Below, in pieces: positions 51,260 to 64,000 of a DNA stretch of 64,000 nt. The stretch covers positions 87,109,165-87,173,164 of the forward strand of contig JASCQW010000072.1 in the NCBI GenBank assembly GCA_030264375.1. The letters are read 5' to 3'. Position 1 is the stretch's first letter. The number at the start of each line of letters is the position of its first letter. The notes below the pieces were generated by a model. It was not told the origin of the DNA and searched no databases. It worked only from the letters and a program-made list of their open reading frames with translations. Source of the stretch: Carcharhinus longimanus (taxonomy: Eukaryota). A program made the translations under genes and the position numbers.

Positions 51260-51807
51260 TATAGTCATAGAGGTTTACAGCATGGAATTAGGCCCTTCAG
51301 CCCAGCTTGTCCGTGCTGCCGTTTTTTTTAAACCCCTAAGCTAGTCCCAATTGTCCACATTTGACTCTTATCCCAGCTATACCCATTTTATCCATGCAAC
51401 TGTCTAAATGCTTTTTAAAAGACAAAATTGTATCTGCCTCTACTACTACCTCTGGCAGCTTGTTCCACAGATACTCACCACCCTCAGTGTGGAAAGAATT
51501 GCCACTCTGGACCATTTCGTAACTCTCCTGTCTCACCTTAAACCTATGCCCTCTAGCTTAGGCTCCCCTACCTTTGGGAAAAAGTATTTACTATCTAGCT
51601 GATCTATGCCCCTTATTATTTTATAGACCTCTATGAGATCACCCCTCAGCCTCCTTCGCTCCAGAGAGAAAAGTCCTGTTCTATCCAGCCTCTCCTTATA
51701 ACTCAAACCATCAAGTCCCGGTAGCATCCTAGTAAATCTTTTCTATTCTCTTTCTAGTTTGATAATATCTTTTCTATAATAAGGTGTCCAGAACTGTACA
51801 CTGCATT
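51260..51807 (-). mobile_element. CR1 LINE 3' end
   Basis: MLPGLDGLSYKERLDR.GLFSLERRRLRGDLIEVYKI. Confidence 0.9.
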
Positions 51808-51907
51808 NNNNNNNNNNNNNNNNNNNNNNNNNNNNNNNNNNNNNNNNNNNNNNNNNNNNNNNNNNNNNNNNNNNNNNNNNNNNNNNNNNNNNNNNNNNNN
51901 NNNNNNN

Positions 51908-52155
51908 ATCCCCAGCCTTGGGTCACTGTCTGAGTCGAGTTTGCATGTTCCCCCCGTGTCTGTGTGGGTTTCCTCTGTCTGCTCCAGTTTCCTCCCACAC
52001 TCCAAAGATGTGCGGGTTAGGTGGATAGACCATGCTAAATTGACCCTAGTCTCAGGAGGATTGTCAGGGTAAATATGTAGGGTTGTGGGAATAGGGCTTG
52101 GGTGGTATTAAGACTCGATGGGCCGTACGGCCTCCTTGTGCACTGCAGAAATTCT
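51908..52155 (+). mobile_element. V-SINE-like SINE
   Basis: Core TTGGGTCACTGTCTG..TTTCCTCCCACACTCCAAAGATGTGCGGGTTAGG. Confidence 0.85.
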
Positions 52156-52372
52156 CTGGTTAAAAGGTGGATTTTTACAGTATGCTTTTCACAAAATAGT
52201 GATGTGTGAGGGAAATAAGAGAAAACAATTTGTACCTTGACAGCTCTGGCTGACAAGGCTCCACCTCATCCTATGGCACTCTTTCCAGCTCTGAAATGTT
52301 CCACATAGGCATGTGGCAGGACAAACACAGAGTTCTGAGCTGCTTTCAGGATTGGAGAGGGTTTCTGAAATA

Positions 52373-52670
52373 ATGGCAGCAAAGTGGTCAACACTGCTAT
52401 CTCACAATGCCAGGGACCTGGGTTTGATTCCTGGCTTGGGTCACTTTTTGTATGGAGTCTGCACATTCTCCCCGTGTCTGTGTGGGTTTCCTCCCACAAT
52501 CCAAAGATGTGCGGGTTAGGTTGATTGGCCATGCTCAGTTGCTGCTTAGTATTCCAGGATGTGGGGGTTAGTGGGCTAAAAATCTGGGGTTATATGGGTA
52601 GGATGCCAGAGTGTTTGTGCAAACTGGATGGGCCGAATGGCCTCCTTCTGCACTACTGGGATTCTATGAT
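52373..52670 (+). mobile_element. V-SINE-like SINE, near full length
   Basis: tRNA head, core and ATTCTATGAT tail. Confidence 0.85.
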
Positions 52671-52744
52671 AATAAAGACGGAGTCATGAAAGGACTTGAA
52701 CAAGGAAGCTGTGGGCATCAGGAGCCAGCCTTGATATAGTGATG

Positions 52745-53990
52745 AGTTATAGAGTCATAAAATTTACAGCATGGAAACAAGTCCTTCGGCCCAACTTGCC
52801 AATGCCATCCAGTTTTTAGCGCTAAGCTGGTCCCAACTGCCTGGGTTTGGCCCATATCCCTCTATACCAAACTTACTAATGTAACTGTCTAAATACTTCT
52901 CAAAAGACAAAATTGTACCCGCCTTTACTACCACCTCTGGCAGCTCGTTCCAGACACACACCACCGTGTGTGAAAAAATTGCACCTCTGAACACTTTAGT
53001 ATCTCTCCTCTCTCACCTTAAACCTATGTCCTCTAATTTTAGACTCCTCTACCTTTGGGAAAAGATGTTGTCTATCTGCCTATCTATGCCCCTAATTATT
53101 TTGTAGACTCCTATAAGATCACCTCGAAGCCTCCTATGAGCCAGGAAAAAAAACTCCCAGTCTATCCAGCCTCTCCTCATTACTGAAACCATCAAGTCCT
53201 GGTGGCAGCCTAGTAAATATTTTCTTCACCCTTTCAAATTTCTAGATATCCTTTCTATAGTAGGGTGACCGGGCCTTACCAATGTCTTGTACAACTTCAG
53301 CACAACATCCCAACTCCCGTATTCAATGTTCTGACCAATTAAATCCAGCATGCCGAATTCCTTCTTCACCACCCTGTCCACCTGTGACTTCACTTTCAAC
53401 AAGTTATAAACACGTACCCCTAAACTTCTTCGTTCTGTAACTCTCCCCAATATCCTGCCATTAACCGAGTAAGTCCTGCCCTGGTTCAATCTACCAAAAA
53501 GCATCACCTCGCATTTATCTAAATTGAACTCCATCTGCCATTCGTCAGCCCACTGGCCTAATTGATCAAGATCCTGCTGCAATCGAGATAACATTATTCA
53601 CTGTCCACTATGCCACCAATCTTGGTGTCATCTGCAAATTTGCTAACCATGCCTCCTGTATTCTCATCCAAATCATTAATATAAATGACAAATAACAGTG
53701 GACCCAGCACTGATCCGAGGCACACCACTGGGCACAGGCCTCCAGACTGAAAAGCAACTCTCTACAACCACCCTCTGGCTTCTGTCAGCAACAAGTCTGA
53801 CAACACCAGGTTTTAGTCCAACCTATCTGTTGTTGTCAGACTTTTTACTGTGTTTACGCCAGTCCAACGCCGGCATACCCACATCTGTCAGCAAGCCAAT
53901 TTTGTATCCCTTCAGCTATCTCACCCTAGATCCCATGAGATTTAACCTTATGCAACAACTTAACATGCAGTACCTTGTTAAAGGCATTTA
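52745..53990 (-). mobile_element. CR1 LINE RT and 3' end
   Basis: [38 protein letters not shown] and LYKTLVRP. Confidence 0.9.
53792..53883. mobile_element. 92-bp Penelope-type mini insertion within CR1
   Basis: 11-bp TSD TCTGTCAGCAA (53781-53791 and 53884-53894) and an internal 13-bp inverted repeat. Confidence 0.75.
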
Positions 53991-54629
53991 TGCATTCATT
54001 CAGATACTATCAACTTCAAATGTAGCAGCAGTTTGCATTGGGTTCTGAAAAATAAAACCACAGATCAATTTTCTCATTTCAACACAAATTTGGCAGAAAG
54101 TCTAGGTCATACCAAGTCTTATACATATCAAAATATGAGCATGTTTTTTTTTTCTGATGCTTGTGGAAAGGAAGAGCGATAATGTAGTTCAGACATCCAG
54201 TCAAGTGTACAATAATACTTCCAATTTCAGAAGATCATGCAGTGTGTCAGTTTAATCAAACTAACTCTCCCTCTGGGTCAGATAGCCAGTTAGTGCAAAA
54301 TAGAAATAGCCTTAGGTCTGTTTGTGAAGCACTGCCAAATTTAGCTTGCTCTAGCTGCCAATGTCGAACATATGCAATCGATTCTGTTGTTCCTTTACAT
54401 CATAAAAAATGGAGTAGTTGAGGCCAAAACCAAAAATGGCACTGCTCAAGTAATCGCAGCTGCATTTTCACTCCCTGATCCAGTAGCTTTGAGTTATCAA
54501 TTAACCATTACCTCCACCCCATATCTGCAATTGGTATTTAAAACATACAAGTCAAGAGGAATTGTCGGTCGCTGGCCCTTCAAGCTTGCTCCACCATTCC
54601 GTTAGATCTAATTATAACCTCACCCTCTC

Positions 54630-54948
54630 ATGTGATGGCCTAGTGGTATTATCGCTAAACTATTAATCCGGAAATCCAGGTACGAATCCTGCCATGGCAG
54701 ATGGTGAAACAATCTGGAATTAAGAATTTACTGATGACCAAGAAACCATTGTCAGTTGTTGCAAAAACCTATCTGCTTCACTAATGTCCTTCAGGGAAGG
54801 AAATCTGCTGTCCTTACCTGGTCTGGCCTACATGCGACTCCAGAGCCAAAGCAACGTGGTTGACTCTCAGCTGCCCTTGGGCAACAAGAGATGGGCAATA
54901 AATGTTGTCAGCCAGTGACACCCGTGTCCCACGAATGAATAATAAAAG
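54630..54948 (+). mobile_element. tRNA-derived SINE, second family
   Basis: GGCCTAGTGG A-box, GGTACGAATCC B-box and GGGCAATAAATG..GCCAGTGACACCC..TCCCACGAATGAAT tail. Confidence 0.78.
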
Positions 54949-55182
54949 AAATTCCTACCTAAGTTTTCACCTGTTAATCAAGAAGTTAGCTCCATCTTTA
55001 AAATATTCAATAATTCTTCCTCAAAAAGCCATTGGAAGCAGAGTTCCAAAAAAACATAACCCTCAGGAACAAATACTCCTCNNNNNNNNNNNNNNNNNNN
55101 NNNNNNNNNNNNNNNNNNNNNNNNNNNNNNNNNNNNNNNNNNNNNNNNNNNNNNNNNNNNNNNNNNNNNNNNNNNNNNNNNT

Positions 55183-55275
55183 TATTTGGTAGCAACAGCC
55201 ACTAACTTTAGGGGCTCTTCCCCTTCTTCAGATGAAGGGACAGTCCAGTCCAACGCCAGCATCTTCACATCATGA
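55183..55275. mobile_element. Penelope-type terminal fragment
   Basis: Inverted hammerhead-like arm joined to the CAGTCCAACGCC.GCATCT.CACATCATG tail. Confidence 0.6.
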
Positions 55276-57310
55276 CTTAAATGAGTGACCCCATGATCTA
55301 GTTCCAGACTCTGCAGCAAGAATATCCTCTCCACATTCACCCCGTCAATACCCCACAGGATCTGTGTGTCAATTAAGTCACCTCTTTCTCTTCTAAACAA
55401 GCCCAACCTGCCATCATAAGACAACCCTCCCATTTTATGTATTAGTCGAGCAAACCCTTTCTGAACTGGTTCTAATTGGTCTCCTTTAATAAGGAGACCA
55501 ATAGTGTACGCAATACTCTAGATGTGGTCTCACTAATGCCTTGTACAACTGAAGGATAACCTCTCTATTTTCATAATTAATTCTCTTTATAATAAACAAT
55601 AATGTTCTATTAGCTTTCCTAATTATTTGCTGTACCTGCACAGTTGCCTTTTGTGATTCATGCACAATGACACACAGTTACCTCTGAATCTGAGCTCTGC
55701 AATCTCTCCCCATATAGGACCATTCAGTGTTCTGCAGATACTGAAGCAGTCCATATCCAAATGCAGCAAGATCTAGACAATATCTAGATTGGGCTGACAA
55801 GCGGCAAGTAACGTTCACACCACAGTACCAGGCAATGACCATCACCAACAAGAGAGAACCTAGCCTTCACCAATTGACATTCAATGGCATTACAATTGCT
55901 GAATCCTCTATTATCTACACCCTGTGGATTACCATTGACCAGGAATCAAACTGGACTAGCCAGATAATTACTGTGTCTACAAAAGCGGTTCAGAAACCTG
56001 CAGTGAGTAACTCACTGCTTGATTCCCTAAGCCTGTCCTCCATCTACAAGTCAGGAGATGGAATGCAGCTCAAAAAATTTGAAACCATCTAGGTCAAAGC
56101 AGCCCACTTGATTGGCATCTCATCTACAAATATTTNNNNNNNNNNNNNNNNNNNNNNNNNNNNNNNNNNNNNNNNNNNNNNNNNNNNNNNNNNNNNNNNN
56201 NNNNNNNNNNNNNNNNNNNNNNNNNNNNNNNNNCCCACGACCAACATCGAGAAGAACAAGGGCAGCAAATACACGGGAACACCATCACGTGGATGTTCCC
56301 CTCCAAGTCACTCACCATTTGGACTTGGAAATATATTGCTATTCTTTCACTATTGCTGGGTCAAGCTGGCCTAGCCAGGGACACCCACATTCCACAAATG
56401 GAATAAAAACAAGTTTATCTTTTTATTCTGCCAAACTTCACATTTTCCCACATCATACTCCATTTGCCAGATCTTTGTCCACTCATCTAGCCTCTGCCCC
56501 TTTGCAGCCTCTTTTTGGTCTCATCTCGATTTGCTTTCCGACCTATCTTTTTGTTATCAGCAAATTTCACAACCATAATTTTGGTCCCTTCATCCAAGTC
56601 AGTTAAGTAAATTGTTAGAAGTTGATGTCCTAGTACTGAACCTTATGGCACACAACTTGTCACATTCTGCCAACCAGAAAAAGATTCATTCGTGCCTAGT
56701 CTCTGGCTAAATAACTGGAATCAAATCTCCAATCCATGCCAATATGTTGCCCCCTACATCAGGTCCTTTAATTTTCCACAATAACCTTGATTTGACATCT
56801 TATCAAATCCAAGTACATCCACTGGTTCCCTTTATTCACTGTACACATGACTGCTTCGAAGAGTTCCACTAAATTGGTTAAACATGGTTTCCCTTTCACC
56901 ACATTAACTCTGCTTTGAATTTTTCTAAATGTCCTACTATAACATCTTCAATAATAGCTTCTAACATTCTTCCTCTGACAGAGGTTAGGCCAGCTGGTGC
57001 GTAGTTTCCAGTTTTCTATCTCCCTTTTCAAATACATTTTCTATTTTCCAATCTAATGAAATATAGAAAATTTTGGGAAATTATATCAATGCACCAATGA
57101 TCTCTAGCCACTTCTTTCGAGATTTTAGGATGAAATCCATCCACAGCCCCAATTTGCTCAATACCAATTCTCTGGTGATTGTAATTTTTCTGAGTTCCTC
57201 CGTCCCATTTTCTGATTTTCAGCTATTTCAGGGATGTTGGGCGCATCTTCCACAGTGAAGACTGATGCAGAATTCAGTTCATCTGCCAGCTCCCTACTTT
57301 CCATTATTAA
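55275..57310 (-). mobile_element. CR1 LINE interrupted by a + strand LINE
   Basis: Minus-strand GLSYDGRL, RGDLID and NYAPAGLTSV-like pieces on either side of 55720-56410. Confidence 0.72.
55720..56410 (+). mobile_element. LINE 3' fragment (CR1/L2 group) sharing its tail with the 54.6-kb SINE
   Basis: MQQDLDNI..WA, LTFNGITIAES and IDQ..NWTS. Ends GCTGGCCTAGCCAGGGACACCCACATTCCACAAATGGAATAAAAA. Confidence 0.7.
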
Positions 57311-57929
57311 TATACCCTCTCATCAATTTTTGTGCTATAGTCACATAAATAATCAATGTTTCAGCGATTCACACATTTAACTAGAGTTGGTTTTAGCATT
57401 TGCAAATTATTACAAACATCCAAAAGTCAAGCGTATTTACTCTAAATTTAGTTCACAAATTTAAGCCAAGTCCCTCCACCATCCCTCAGGCAGCAACATT
57501 TGCAAAATAGGAATATTAAGTGATACTGGTCAACATTTTAAAAGACTGAACATAATACAAAGGAGTTTGAACATTTGCTAATAGTTTGGAATTTGTTCCT
57601 GTGCGATAGCAGATACTTTCCTGTAAAATAGTAGAGAGCCAAGAAATCTGGATCCTGTGGCATTTTATGGAAATCTGTCTTACCCTTCTCTGAAGAATTT
57701 GTTCAAAGCTTCCAATCAAATATTTTTCTTGCAATCTAGATTTGAAACATTAACTGGATTCATCACATTTGCAGGAGGAGGCAAAGATACCAGTGATGTT
57801 CAGCATCTCCTGCTCTTTAAGCAAGCACATCAGCCCAGTAAGCCACATGGCCAAGCTGCAACAGAGTTTAGTGTTGCCAAGTCTTGAATCATATCATATT
57901 TGAATCACTTTCAAACATAAGCAAAGGGA

Positions 57930-59990
57930 TACTGAAAAAGTAATAAAAAGAGTGAAGATAAATTATGAAAGAAAACTAGGGCAATATATCAAGAAGGATA
58001 ACAAAAGCTTTTATTGGTATATAAAAGGGAAGAGAGTCACTAGGGTGAATGTTGGTCCCTTAGATGAAACCGGAGAGTTAATAGTGGGGAACACTGAAAT
58101 GGCAGAGATACCAAATCAATACTTTGCTTTAGTTTTCACAGTGGAAGACACTAGTGCCATTCCTAGAGAAACGGGCAAGTCAGAGGTAATAGAAAAAGTG
58201 GAACTTAAAACAATCAACATTGATAGGAAAAAGTACTCAGCAACTATTGGGATTGAGGGCTGATAAGTCCCTCAAGCCTGATGACCAATATCCTGGGGTA
58301 TTAAAATAAGTGGCAGCGGAGATAGTGGATCCATTGGTCATAATATTCCAAAATTCCCTGGACACAGGAAAGGTTCCAATGAATTAGAAAAATACTAATG
58401 TAATGCCATTATTCAAAATAGGAGGAAGCAAAATGTGGGAAATTACAGACCAGTTAGTTTAACATCTATTGTTGGGAAAGTGTTAGAATCAATTATCAAG
58501 GAAGCAATATCAGGACATGTGGAAAATCAAAATGCTATCCATCAGAGTCATCATGGTTTTATGAAAAGCAAATCATGTTTGACTAATTTGCAAGAATTCT
58601 TCAAAGATATAACAAGCAAAGTGGATAATGGGGATCCCGTAGATATATCTAGACTTCCAGAAAGCGTTTAATGAGGTGTTGCACAAAAGGTTAATTCACA
58701 AGGTTAGATCACATGGAATTATTTGCTTGCAGAAGTGACTGGACAGAAGACAGTTGGGATAAATGTTTTTTTCTGGATGGCAAGTAACTAATTAGAGGAG
58801 TGCCACAGGGTTCAGTCCTTGGGCTCCAGCTTTCTACAATCTATATTAATGACTTGGATACAGAGATAGAAGGGTCTATAGCCAAATTTGCAGATGACAC
58901 ACATGTAGGTGGCACAGCAAGCTGCAATGAGGAAATAAGAACCTTACAAATGGATATAGATCGGTTAGGAGAGTGGGCCAAAACGTGGCAGATGCAGTTT
59001 AACATGGGTAAGTGAAAAGTCATGCATTTTGGTCGTAAAAATGGGAAGGCAACATTATCTAAACGGGGAGACACTTCAGGGTACTCCAGTGCAGAAGGGT
59101 CTGGTGTCCTTGTTCATGAGTCACAGAAAATTAGCATGCAGGTACAGCAGATAATAAGGAAAGCAAATGAAATGTTGGCATTTATAGTTAAAGGAATAGA
59201 ATATAAAAGGTAAGGAAATGTTGTTGTAACCGTAAAAGGCATTGGTGAGGCCGCACTTGGAGTATTGTGCAGTTTTGGTCTTCTTATTTGAGAGAGGACA
59301 TAGTGGCATTGGAGGCAGTTCAGAGGAGGTTGACTAGATTGACTTCAGAGATGAGGGGTTTGTCATATGAAGAGAGATTGAGCACTTTAGGCCTATACTC
59401 TCTGGAATTTAGGCGAATGAGGGGAGATCAAATTGAGGTATTCAAGATGATAAAAGATATGAATGAAGTAGACGTGGAATGGATGCTTCCTCTTGTGGGG
59501 CATTNNNNNNNNNNNNNNNNNNNNNNNNNNNNNNNNNNNNNNNNNNNNNNNNNNNNNNNNNNNNNNNNNNNNNNNNNNNNNNNNNNNNNNNNNNNNNNNN
59601 NNNNNNNNNNNNNNNNNNNNNNNNNNNNNNNNNNNNNNNNNNNNNNNNNNNNNNNNNNNNNNNNNNNNNNNNNNNNNNNNNNNNNNNNNNNNNNNNNNNN
59701 NNNNNNNNNNNNNNNNNNNNNNNNNNNNNNNNNNNNNNNNNNNNNNNNNNNNNNNNNNNNNNNNNNNNNNNNNNNNNNNNNNNNNNNNNNNNNNNNNNNN
59801 NNNNNNNNNNNNNNNNNNNNNNNNNNNNNNNNNNNNNNNNNNNNNNNNNNNNNNNNNNNNNNNNNNNNAATGGGTTGAAGGGTTATGGGGAGAAGGCAGG
59901 AAAATGGGGATGAGGAGCATATCAGCCATGATTGAATGGCAGAGTGGACTCAATGGTCTGAATGGCCTAATTCTGCTCCTATATCTTATA
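57930..59990 (+). mobile_element. CR1 LINE ORF2 (RT) to 3' end, degenerate
   Basis: NYRPVSLTSIVGKVLE, HGFMK.KSCLTNL, PQGSVLG, KFADDT and LEFRRMRGD. Confidence 0.92.
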
Positions 59991-60589
59991 CCCCACTATT
60001 TTGCTACAACTACCATTGGGAATTATTTATCCGTTATGGGGCTATATTATAGTGTGAATTGGGGACTTCCCTTAACAATGTTGTCTAAGCACTGACGAGG
60101 AACTTGGGGAAAAAAATCAATAATAAAGGGATCAGGAAGATGGAAGTCACATTTGCCAATTTTGCAGATCATCAAAATTGGAATGGGAAATTAAATATAT
60201 CCAAATATCAACTCCAAAGATTGCAGGAAAGCCACTGTTGTCTAATATTGTGTGTCTGACAGAATTCCATTGTATACAGGCTAGATGTCATCTCCCCTTA
60301 TGTGGGCAGAGAACAGCAATAGCTTTACAAGCTTTAATTGCATAATTGCATTTTTAAAGTATTTTGAAATCTCAGGTTAGCCCACGCATTTGTTGTAACA
60401 AAGGCATATGTAATGCATTTAGAGTTTACTGAAGAACAGTTTCTTAAAAGAGCTTCATAACTATTCACATGTGCAGGTGTTACTGGCAGGCTGGACATAG
60501 TTATTTAACAGTCATCGGTATCCCGTGCATGCCTAGCCCAGTACACATGAGAAAGAGTGAACATCATGCATTGGCAGGAGTTACAGTGT

Positions 60590-61027
60590 GGAAACTTTCT
60601 AACTAGTGGGTGAAATCCATCATGCAAAGCAGCATCCCATCCACTGACTCGGTCTACACTTCCTGCTGCCTTGGAAAAGCAGCCAGCATAATTAAGGACC
60701 CCTGGACATCCTTCGTCAATTGGAAAAAAGATACAAATGTCTGAGGTCATGTGCCAACTGACTTCTTCCTGCTGGATCAGACTTTTGAATGGATCTACCT
60801 CATATTAAGTTGGTCTTTCTCTACACCCTAGCTATGACTGTATCACTACATTCTTCACCCTCTCCTCTATGTATGGTATGCTTTGTCTGCATAGTGTGAA
60901 AACCAAACTTTTTACTGTACATTAATAGGGGAATTTCACAGTAACTTCATTACAGTTTTAATGTAAGCCTTACTTGTGACTAAAATAAAAATCTTTAACT
61001 TTATATGACAATAATAAATCAAATCAA
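60590..61027 (+). mobile_element. Rex1-like LINE 3' end with a nested SINE tail
   Basis: Reverse complement of 22940-23300. Ends with an AAATCAAATCAA tail. Confidence 0.72.
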
Positions 61028-62893
61028 GATGTTCATCTCTTTAAATCCATTTAATTACATGTAAATCACATAAAATAATTATAAATCTACACCTTATTAA
61101 TGTGTTTGATTAGAGATCCAGGATTAACAACAAACACATTCTAACCTGACCAGTCACCCACCTCTTCTACTACACTGGAGCAGGAACTAACCACAGCCCC
61201 GTCATTGGGCTGTCTGAAGAAAAAACATCGGTCAATAATGTTTTCAGTGCAGTAGCTACATTTGCTTAAATCAGCCTATGCACAGGCTACAAATTAAGAG
61301 GACGAACAGCCACACAGATTATGAAGGGTTTCCTAAGAGCTGCACATTTGCTCTTTTCCTCAATTGCCTTGCAAAACTCATGTGTGTGCAACCATTGAGT
61401 AAAAGTTGCTAAGTTGACCGTCACGGAATTATCACCATTGCACAGAGGAGTTCAGAATGATGTCTCATTCGCTACTATCAGCCAATGTGATGGAAAATGA
61501 GAACTGGCAATGCTGACATTTCAGACCTCCTCTATATTCATTGATTTTTACCTCTGAAAAACCAATGTTTTACAAGACACAGGTCAAATGTGAATCCAGG
61601 ATTCCATTGGGATGGCGAGTTTGTGCGGCTACAGGAGGGGATGGGGGTAGTGGGGCCATGGTCTATTTACATTGGTGGTGTGGCTGAATTTGTGGAAGCC
61701 TCAGTTTTCTCATTCTCCACTGTCTGCAGTAATAACAGATAACCCAGTTCTGTAGCAACACATTCAATGAGCAATATTTATTAAATACCCACCAAACAAA
61801 CGTGGGAAAACATGACAACGTTTGGAGAGCTGCTTCGTTTTGACTTCCATTTAGAGAAACATCATCATTACAGGCTTTCCCACATATAGAAATCAAATAT
61901 GAAATGAAAACATTGTACTTGCATGTTTGAAATGGATTTTAGTTAGACATCCTTGTCATTATCAACTCTACGGTTTCTGTGAAATAATTTCCTCTTGGTA
62001 ACACCTTGTATAGCTCAAGCGAAATGTGAAATTGTTTCCAGACCAGAAAAAAAATCAGCAATTTAGTCACATCTTTCCTCTGCACAATGCCTGTGCCAAG
62101 CACAGTCCCAGAAAAGACACATTGTTTTGGCCATATTGTAGAAGATTTAAATATGAGCTCAATAAGACATCATGCTTTTGGGAAGGAGTCAAGAATTACA
62201 GTCAGTCATATCTGCAGTAAATTAAACTAGAATAGTGCAACTTTAATGACAATTAGAACAAGATACTATTACAAATAATGACTATTGATAGTCTAAATTT
62301 TGTTGCACACCCACGATTCAGCAAATACAGAATGAACTAAAACGTAAGCTCATTTTCGAATGTCTGGCAAACTCAGACTGGACATTTACTGCATTTGCTA
62401 TTATTTTTAAATGAAGGGTTTTTTTTTCCAGAGTAAGGAATTGGTTCAAGTATGGGCAGATCTTCCCAGCCTACAGCAAATGAAACTAGATGGAAATCAA
62501 CTATTCCGTTGAACTGGTAATTTGGTTTCTGTTGCAGCTGGAAAAATATTGGAAAAAAGTTTTTATTTCAGAGTGTTTGATCACCAAAGAATGACGTGTG
62601 CATGGGAATTTCCTCACTATGTCTGCTATTTTCTTTCAAACCTTACGATAATTGATATGAATAATGGCCTTGGATCAACCATCAGTTGAAGAAACTAGTG
62701 TCTTATTATTTCAGCTGTCAGATTTACCTCTGTGTTCCTGAGAGATATTGACTATATCCCCTCAATTGCCTTGACACTGGTACAAAACCAGTGGTGAATT
62801 GAAGACAAACTTTTTATAGCTTTTACTTTAAATCCATGTTTTTCTAATACTGACATCCTAAACTCATATTTTACTTCCTGTTTATATCAATTT

Positions 62894-63018
62894 CTCACCT
62901 GGTGAATGAGCAGCACTCTGAAAACTCGTGATTCCGAATAAACCTGTTGGACTTTAACCTGGTAATAAGACTTCTTACTGTGTCCTCCCCAGTCCAATGT
63001 TGGCATCTCCACATCATG
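62894..63018 (+). mobile_element. Penelope-type terminal repeat with a degenerate hammerhead motif
   Basis: TCAC-CTGGTGA-..-GAAAACTC-GTGA followed by AATAAACCTGTTGGACTTTAACCTGG and the shared tail. Flanking ATCAATTT direct repeat. Confidence 0.7.
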
Positions 63019-63744
63019 TGCATCAATTTTGGGTTACAAGGTTACAAGTTGTATCAAGATAACCAAATAGCGAAGTTTTTCAGCTCCTCTGTGTGCATTT
63101 TAGCTGTTGCTCTATTTTCCTGTTCCCTCTCTTCTCCTTACTCCTCTTTGCTATCATGCTTCTTTTCTCTTCTGTATACTCTGATCACTCCCAGCTGACA
63201 TAGGAATCTGTCTGTAGACTGGCCATCATTGCTGTTTTCCAAACCAAATTCCAAAATGTATGTTCACTTGCTGTTGAAGCCTTTGCCATCTGCAAACTGT
63301 TTGTGAAGGATTGCATTGACATTTTGGCCTCAACAGTGACATAAGCTGAAAGGCAATAACATCTCTTAATGAAACTTCCCTACATAGCTACACCTTCCGC
63401 TTGTCTTGCTCAATAAACATGATGAGCTCACGAACTGTCTTCTGTTACAAAGATCAGGACCACCAGATTTGCTATTTCACTCCCTTCCCTCATACACTGG
63501 ACCACCTTCTTTGAAAGATGCTTTCTCCCTTGTCCAAATTTTGACTTTGCATATTTTTCTAGATTCTTTCTTATTTCTCCTCATGCCATCTGCAAGCTCA
63601 TCTTGATGAGGCCCGTCTCTTGTCCTCTACACCAATTCAGGCATCTCAAAGCAGAAAATCTGATTATTGTCCTATACCATTCAATAGGATGACCACTGAG
63701 GAATTTCCCCACCATCAACATCCTGGACCAATGAGATAAGTTTT

Positions 63745-63857
63745 AAAGTTTATTCATTAGTGTCACAAGTATGCTTATATTAACATTGCACTGAAGTTGC
63801 TGTGACAATCTCCTCGTCGCCACAGTCAAGCGCCTGTTCGGGTACACTGGAGGGCAA
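63745..63857 (-). mobile_element. V-SINE-like SINE 3' end (alternative tail)
   Basis: Similar to 41660-41720 and 23475-23527. Confidence 0.65.
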
Positions 63858-64000
63858 NNNNNNNNNNNNNNNNNNNNNNNNNNNNNNNNNNNNNNNNNNN
63901 NNNNNNNNNNNNNNNNNNNNNNNNNNNNNNNNNNNNNNNNNNNNNNNNNNNNNNNNNCAACATCCTGGTAAACCTCCTCTGCACCCTTTCCAGAGACTCC

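Noticed and set aside
21302-64000. A neighbouring host gene upstream of CHKA (KMT5B lies there in human)
   Set aside because: No ORF or exon with recognisable host-protein similarity. The ORFs are TE fragments, N-run artefacts or chance. Small exons of an unknown gene cannot be excluded.

Overview
Eukaryotic, AT-rich, gapped draft assembly. It is most likely a shark or other elasmobranch, judged from HE1/V-SINE-like SINEs, abundant CR1, L2, Rex1, RTE and Penelope-type repeats. The only host gene I can support is choline kinase alpha (CHKA) on the minus strand: coding exon 1 at 20294-20071 and exon 2 at 14149-14041. A TATA/CCAAT/GC-box promoter lies near 20.8-20.95 kb, and a probable acceptor for the next exon sits exactly at the window edge (positions 1-30). 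Positions 21.3-64 kb are an apparently gene-free, repeat-dense upstream region. It holds nested TE insertions, a decayed Harbinger transposase, a Myb/SANT ORF remnant, a candidate solo LTR and Penelope-type insertions with hammerhead-like motifs. The strongest unexplained signals are in CHKA intron 2. One is a CpG-retaining, self-complementary ~200-nt element that wraps a frame-disrupting cassette exon (1088-1290). The other is a 9-nt in-frame microexon candidate (7206-7214). Repeat boundaries are approximate, family names come from recalled motifs, and all pairings were found by eye.
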